The notes beneath the pieces were generated by a model, which was given only the letters and a program-made list of their open reading frames with translations, had not been told where the DNA came from and made no database searches. From an uncultured Gemmatimonadaceae bacterium (lineage in GTDB: Bacteria > Gemmatimonadota > Gemmatimonadetes > Gemmatimonadales > Gemmatimonadaceae), in assembly GCA_963775915.1 (NCBI GenBank), contig CAVZKH010000007.1, positions 435,774 to 499,773 of the forward strand: 64,000 nucleotides of DNA, written 5' to 3'. Made by a program: the position numbers and the translations under genes. Shown piece by piece: positions 57,443 to 64,000 of the stretch (position 1 is its first letter; each line of letters opens with the position of its first letter).

Positions 57443-59304
57443 ATGAGCGAGCTCGACACCAACACCACAACCGGCACCGCGGCCACGCTGCGCGAAAAGC
57501 GCGACGTCCAGAAGGCGCAACTGCGCCCGCTTGCCAACCGCCGCCCTGAGCTGTACGACGAAGACGAATATTCCGTCCGCCGATTACGAGCGGATGATGG
57601 AGCTGTACAACGGCACCCTGGCCTCGATCGAGGAAGGGGAGATCGTGAAGACCACGGTGCTCGAGATCCGCGACAACCTCGTGGTGCTCGACATCGGCTT
57701 CAAGTCCGAAGGCACCGTCCCGCTCGAGGAGTTCAAGGACCACCCGGACCTCAAGCCCGGCGACGAGGTCGAGGTCCTGCTCGAGCACCTCGAAGACCAG
57801 GAAGGCTCGGTCGTCCTGTCGAAGAAGAAGGCCGACTTCATGCGCGTGTGGGAGCGGATCCGCGTGGCGTACGAGACCGACCAGCCGGTCGAAGGCACCC
57901 TGATCAAGAAGATCAAGGGCGGCGTGGTGGTCGACCTGATGGGCGTCGACGCGTTCCTGCCCGGGCTCGCAGATCGCGCTCCGCCGCGTGCCCAACATCG
58001 ACGAGCTGCTCGGCCAGAAGTACGAGTTCAAGATCATCAAGCTCAACAAGCGCCGCCGCAACATCGTCGTCTCGCGCCGCGTGATTCTCGAGACCGAGCG
58101 CGCCGGCAAGCGCGAGAAGCTGATGAAGGAGCTCCAGAAGGACCAGGTGCGGAAGGGCGTGGTCAAGAACATCACCGACTTCGGCGCCTTCATCGACCTC
58201 GGCGGCGTGGACGGCCTGCTCCACATCACCGACATGTCGTGGGGCCGCATCTCGCATCCGTCGCGAGATGGTCGCAGATCGGCCAGGAGCTCGAGGTCAA
58301 GGTGCTCGACATCGACTGGGACGCGCGAGCGCATCTCGCTCGGCCTCAAGCAGCTCCAGAGCTACCCGTGGAAGGACGTCGCCGAGCAAGTATCCGGTCG
58401 GCACCCGCGTCACGGGCAAGGTCGTCTCGATCACGAACTACGGCGCGTTCATCGAGCTCGAGCCGGGCATCGAAGGCCTGGTGCACATCAGCGAGATGAG
58501 CTGGACGCGCAACGTCCGCCACCCGTCGAAGCTCGTCTCCATCGGCGAGACCATCGAGGCGGTGGTGCTCAAGGTCGATCCGAACGAGGAGAAGATCTCG
58601 CTCGGCATGAAGCAGACCGAGCAGGATCCGTGGATGGTGCTGCCGCTGCAAGTACCCGGTGGGCACGCGCATCAACGGCAAGGTCCGCAACCTCACCAGC
58701 TTCGGCGCGTTCGTCGAGATCGAGCCGGGCATCGACGGCCTGATCCACATCTCCGACATGTCGCTGGACCAAGCGCGTGCAGCATCCGTCGGAAGTCGTC
58801 AAGAAGGGCGACACGGTGGACGTGGTGATTCTCAACATCGACAGCGACAACAAGCGGATCTCGCTCGGCCTCAAGCAGGCGGCCGAGGATCCGTGGCTCA
58901 AGATCGGCGAGACCTACCCCGTCGGCACCGAATCTGCGCGGCACGGTCGTGCGCCTGATGGACAAGGGCGTGGTGGTGGACATCGGCAACGACATCGAAG
59001 GCTTCGTGCCGATCTCGCAGCTGTCGCCGAACGAGCAAGCAGGTCAACAGCCCGACGGATCTTGTCTACGAGACGATGAAGCTCGACATGCGCGTGCTCG
59101 AGGTGGATCCGATCCACCGCCGCATCGTGCTCGGCGGTGACGAACATCCCCGAGGAGCAGCCGCCGCGTCCGGAGACGCCGTCCAAGGTGCACACCGAGG
59201 ACGAGGAAGTCGTGCCGGTGCCGGTCGATCTCGTCGTGCCGGATGACGACGAGGACGTTGTCGAGGCCCCGGTCGCCGAGGCGGAGGCCAAGACCGAAGG
59301 CTGA
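57443..59304 (+). pseudogene. rpsA: 30S ribosomal protein S1, frame broken by 11 single-base insertions in this assembly
   Basis: Six S1-domain repeats (e.g. [104 protein letters not shown]) are readable only by stepping +1 frame at each break. Frame arithmetic closes (start frame + 11 = stop frame). Confidence 0.9.
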
Positions 59305-59325
59305 TGCCAGCGATTGCACGATCAG

Positions 59326-59368
59326 CCGCCCCGGCCGGGATTCTTCCCGGCCGGGGCGGTTTGCTTTG
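59326..59368 (+). terminator. Rho-independent terminator after rpsA
   Basis: 15-bp stem CCGCCCCGGCCGGGA / TCCCGGCCGGGGCGG, loop TTCT, then TTTGCTTTG. Confidence 0.75.
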
Positions 59369-59399
59369 CGCCATCAGGACCGCGGCGGGTCGGCGAGAT

Positions 59400-59459
59400 C
59401 TCGATGGCGGAGCAGTTCCCATAGTTGTTGCAGTTGCTGTAGTAGTTGCAGTTGCCGTG
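59400..59459. repeat. Half-copy of the GTTGCA/GTTGCC repeat element seen at 18525..18783
   Basis: CTCGATGGCGG is identical to 18677..18687. It is followed by AGTTC and GTTGTTGCAGTTGCTGTAGTAGTTGCAGTTGCC, in the same orientation as the right arm of the first element. Confidence 0.65.
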
Positions 59460-59608
59460 TCAGTGCAGTTCTCCGTCGCACTCCGTCATTTCCGTATCCC
59501 CCTCAGCGGGCGCGGCCAGAATCGCCCCCTCGGCGAGCGCGGTCTCGAGGGCCCTGGGGTCCGGCCGCTCTGGAAGCGCGGCTGCCCGCGAGCTAGCTTT
59601 GGCTCGCC

Positions 59609-61169
<1,561 letters not shown>

Positions 61170-61203
61170 GCGGACGGACGAAGCCCGCGCCGCCCGCGGC
61201 GGC

Positions 61204-62748
61204 GTGCTCGCCGCGCCCGGCGCGTGCTTCACCAAGGTCCTGATCGCCAATCGCGGCGAGATCGCCGTGCGCGTCATCCGCGCCTGCCGCGAGCTCGGGG
61301 TCCGTTCGGTGGCCGTGTATTGCGACGCCGACGCGCGCTGCGCCCCACGTGCGCGACGGCCGACGAGGCGGTGCACATCGGCGGCGGCCGCGGCCGCCGA
61401 GAGCTACCTCGTGGGCGAGCGCATCATCGAGGCCGCCAAGCGCGTCGGGCGCCGAGGCGATCCACCCCGGCTACGGCTTCCTCTCCGAGCGCGAGTGGTT
61501 CGCGCGCGCGGTGCGCGACGCGGGACTCGTTTCGATCGGGCCGCCGGCCGAGGCGATCGCCGCCATGGGTCAGCAAGACGGCGGCCCGGACAGCTCGCCG
61601 AGCAGGCGAACGTGCCCGATCGTGCCCGGCACCACCGAGCCGCTGGCCGACGCCGCCGAGGCGCAGCGGATCGCCGAGCGGTTCGGGTATCCGGTGCTGC
61701 TCAAGGCGGCGGCCGGCGGCGGCGGCAAGGGGATGCGCGTCGTGCACCAGGCGCGCCGAGATGGCGTCGGCGCTCGAGGCGGCCCGCGCGAGGCGAAGAA
61801 CGCCGTTCGGCGACGACGCCGTGTACGTCGAGAAGTACATCGACGGGCCGCGCCACGTCGAGATCCAGGTGCTCGCCGACGCGCACGGCACGCTGCGTCT
61901 CGCTCGGCGAGCGCGAGTGCTCGGTGCAGCGCCGCCACCAGAAGATGATCGAGGAAGCGCCGAGCGTCGCCGTGAGCCCGGAGCTCCGCGCAGGCGATGG
62001 GCGACACCGCGGTGCGCATGGCGCAAGGCGGCCGGGTATACGCAACGCCGGCACCTGCGAATTTCTGCTCGATCGCGACGGCCGCTTCTACTTCCTCGAG
62101 ATGAACACGCGGCTCCAGGTGGAGCACCCGGTCACCGAGTTCGTCACCGGCATCGACCTGGTGCAGTGGCAGCTGCGGGTGGCCGCCGGCGAGGCGCTGC
62201 CCGAGGCGTTCGAGCGGCTCACGCCGCGCGGGTGGGCCATCGAGTGCCGCATCACCAGCGAGGATCCGCACAACGGCTTCCTGCCGTCCACCGGCCGTAT
62301 CTCGTACCTGCGGCTGCCCTCCGGGCCCGGCGTGCGGTGGGACGGCGGCGTGGAGGTCGGGAGCGAGATCGGCCTCTTCTACGACCCGATGCTCGCCAAG
62401 CTGATCGTCTGGGCCGCCGACCGCGACGCGGCCGTGGCCCGCATGCACCGCGCCCTGCTCGAGCTGGCCGTGGACGGCATCGAGACCTCGCGCGACTTCC
62501 ATTTGCGCGTGATGGAGGACGGCGAGTTCCAGCGCGGCGAGATCGAAATCCAGTGGCTGGAACGGCGGCTGCCGTCGCTCCTGGGCGCGAAGCCGCCGGC
62601 GGGCGCGGCGCGCGTGGCCGCCATCGCCGGCGCGCTCCTTGCCGAGCGCGACCGTGCCGCCCGGCGGCCGAACGGCGGCGCGGCGTCGCCGGAAGCGGGC
62701 GCCGATCCGGCCTGGATGCGCGCCGCGCGCCTGGACGGATTGCGATGA
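61204..62748 (+). pseudogene. accC: Biotin carboxylase, frame broken by ~15 indels between 61339 and 62043
   Basis: [72 protein letters not shown]. Clean from 62044 on. No BCCP domain. The start is uncertain (GTG 61204, or GTG 61224 with one more insertion). Confidence 0.88.
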
Positions 62749-63989
62749 CCGCGGACATCGTCGAACTGGACATCCACGCGATCGCCGCCGGCGGCGACGG
62801 CGTGGGCCGCGCCGACGGGCTCGTGGTGTTCGCCCCGCGCACGGCGCCCGGAGACCGCATCCGCGCCACCGTCGAGCGGGGAAAGCGGTTCGCGCGCGCG
62901 AGCCGCGTGGAGCTGCTGGTTCTGTCGCCGGAGCGCGCGAAGCCCGAGTGCCCGCACTACGAGGGGGATCGCTGCGGCGGGTGCCAGCTGCAGCACCTGA
63001 ACGGCGCCGCCCAACGCGGTGCCAAGGCGGGGATGATCCGCGACGCCTTCCAGCGGATCGCCAAACGCCCCATCGAATTGCCGGAGGTCCGCCACGGCGC
63101 CGCCGCGTGGCGCTACCGGACGAAGCTGACGCTGGCGCTGCGGAAGTCGGGCGGCGCCTGGACGGCCGGCCTCCACCGGTACGACGCGCCCGACCAGGTG
63201 TTCGCGCTCGACGACTGCCCGATCACCGACGAGCGCGTGATGGCGGTCTGGCGCGCGGTGCTCGCGCACGGCCGCCTGCTGCCCGATGCGCCGGCGCTCC
63301 GCGCCTCGATCAGGCTGCTCGGCGATGGCGCGGCGCTCGTGGTCGAAGGGGCCGAGGCGTGGCCCGATCCGGGCACGCTGCTCGCGGCGGTGCCGGCGCT
63401 GGTGGCGATCTGGTGGCTGCCTGTCGGTGAACGGAGCCGGCGGCTGGTGGCCGACCGCGGGCCCGGCCAGGAACACGGCGCGTCGTTCACCCAGGTGAAC
63501 GCCGAGGTCGCCGGGCTCATGCTGTCGCACGTGCTGGCGCTGGTCGCGGCTCGCGCGCCGGCGCGGGTGATCGACGCCTACGCCGGGGTCGGCGACACCG
63601 CGGAGCCCATCGCCCGCGCGGGCGCCGAGGTCGTGGCCATCGAGCTCGACCGGCAGGCGAGCCGCGTGTGCGCGGCCCGCCTGCCCGCCGGTTCGCGCGC
63701 CGTGGCTGATTCGGTGGAGCGGGCGCTGCCCGCCGCGCTCCCCGCCGACCTCGTGATCCTCAATCCGCCGCGGGCCGGCACCGCCGCGGCCGTCACCGGC
63801 GCCATCGAAGCCGCATCGCCCCGGCCGGCGGCGATCGTGTACGTGAGCTGCGACCCGGCCACGCTGGCGCGGGACATCGGGCGCCTGCCGTCGTACCGGG
63901 TGGTGTCGGTGGTGGGCTTCGACATGTTTCCGCAGACCGCGCACGTGGAGACGGTCTGCGAGCTCGAGTTGAAGGGGGCGGCGGCGTGA
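62745..63989 (+). CDS. TRAM-domain 23S rRNA (uracil-5)-methyltransferase, RumA/RlmD family
   Basis: ATG at 62745 (ATGA overlap with accC); 414 aa. [19 protein letters not shown], Fe-S Cys [19 protein letters not shown] fold [26 protein letters not shown]. Confidence 0.85.
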   Translation: MTADIVELDIHAIAAGGDGVGRADGLVVFAPRTAPGDRIRATVERGKRFARASRVELLVLSPERAKPECPHYEGDRCGGCQLQHLNGAAQRGAKAGMIRDAFQRIAKRPIELPEVRHGAAAWRYRTKLTLALRKSGGAWTAGLHRYDAPDQVFALDDCPITDERVMAVWRAVLAHGRLLPDAPALRASIRLLGDGAALVVEGAEAWPDPGTLLAAVPALVAIWWLPVGERSRRLVADRGPGQEHGASFTQVNAEVAGLMLSHVLALVAARAPARVIDAYAGVGDTAEPIARAGAEVVAIELDRQASRVCAARLPAGSRAVADSVERALPAALPADLVILNPPRAGTAAAVTGAIEAASPRPAAIVYVSCDPATLARDIGRLPSYRVVSVVGFDMFPQTAHVETVCELELKGAAA

Positions 63990-64000
63990 AGTACTACGTC

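Overview
GC-rich bacterial chromosomal segment (about 70% G+C judged by eye, not computed; G/C strongly preferred at codon position 3). It is almost entirely housekeeping genes in long co-directional operons, and many neighbouring genes share 4-nt ATGA/GTGA stop/start overlaps. I see no integrase, transposase, phage gene, CRISPR array or recognisable defence system.

Gene order, left to right:
- Two tandem Ser/Thr kinases (minus strand).
- rpsU, GatB/YqeY-domain gene, mutS2, dnaG, a zinc-ribbon coiled-coil gene, recJ, rsmD.
- coaD, pta, then a STAS / anti-sigma kinase / GAF-PP2C partner-switching module, then rsmA.
- rex, divergent from arcA, a DnaQ-like exonuclease and an MBL hydrolase.
- infC-rpmI-rplT, pheST, a coiled-coil gene and zapA.
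- A three-gene module of unknown function: membrane protein, DUF900-like serine hydrolase, secreted protein.
- A minus-strand operon: GltD-like/ferredoxin fusion, korA, korB.
- A 1238-aa outer-membrane protein.
- rny, folD, xseAB, a polyprenyl synthase, dxs, nadK, recN.
- An outer-membrane protein divergent from a 595-aa hypothetical protein.
- tRNA-Gly(GCC) and tRNA-Leu(UAA), then a DUF481 outer-membrane protein.
- A lysine/DAP cluster (M20 peptidase, asd, lysC, dapB, dapA, dapD), then aroA-cmk-rpsA.
- An acyl-CoA carboxyltransferase, accC, and a TRAM/RumA-type rRNA methyltransferase. A further gene starts at GTG 63986 and runs off the window.

The gene content (outer-membrane proteins with a CarboxypepD_reg domain, DUF481, RNase Y, Rex, KorAB) suggests a diderm such as Gemmatimonadota. 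That is a low-confidence inference.

Main observations:
1. The stretch 57.5-62.0 kb holds about 36 single-base insertions that break rpsA, the carboxyltransferase gene and accC. Isolated lesions also occur in rny, asd, cmk and dapD (an in-frame TAG). This is most likely sequence or assembly error rather than biology.
2. An undescribed AAC/TGC/GGC-rich repeat forms a ~260-nt imperfect palindrome upstream of infC, with a related half-copy downstream of rpsA.
3. The infC leader has a promoter, a terminator-like hairpin and a probable ATC start codon.
4. A perfect Rex operator lies between rex and arcA.
5. The uncharacterised three-gene module downstream of zapA is the only accessory-looking locus in the window.

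I cannot point to a clearly novel multi-gene system with confidence.
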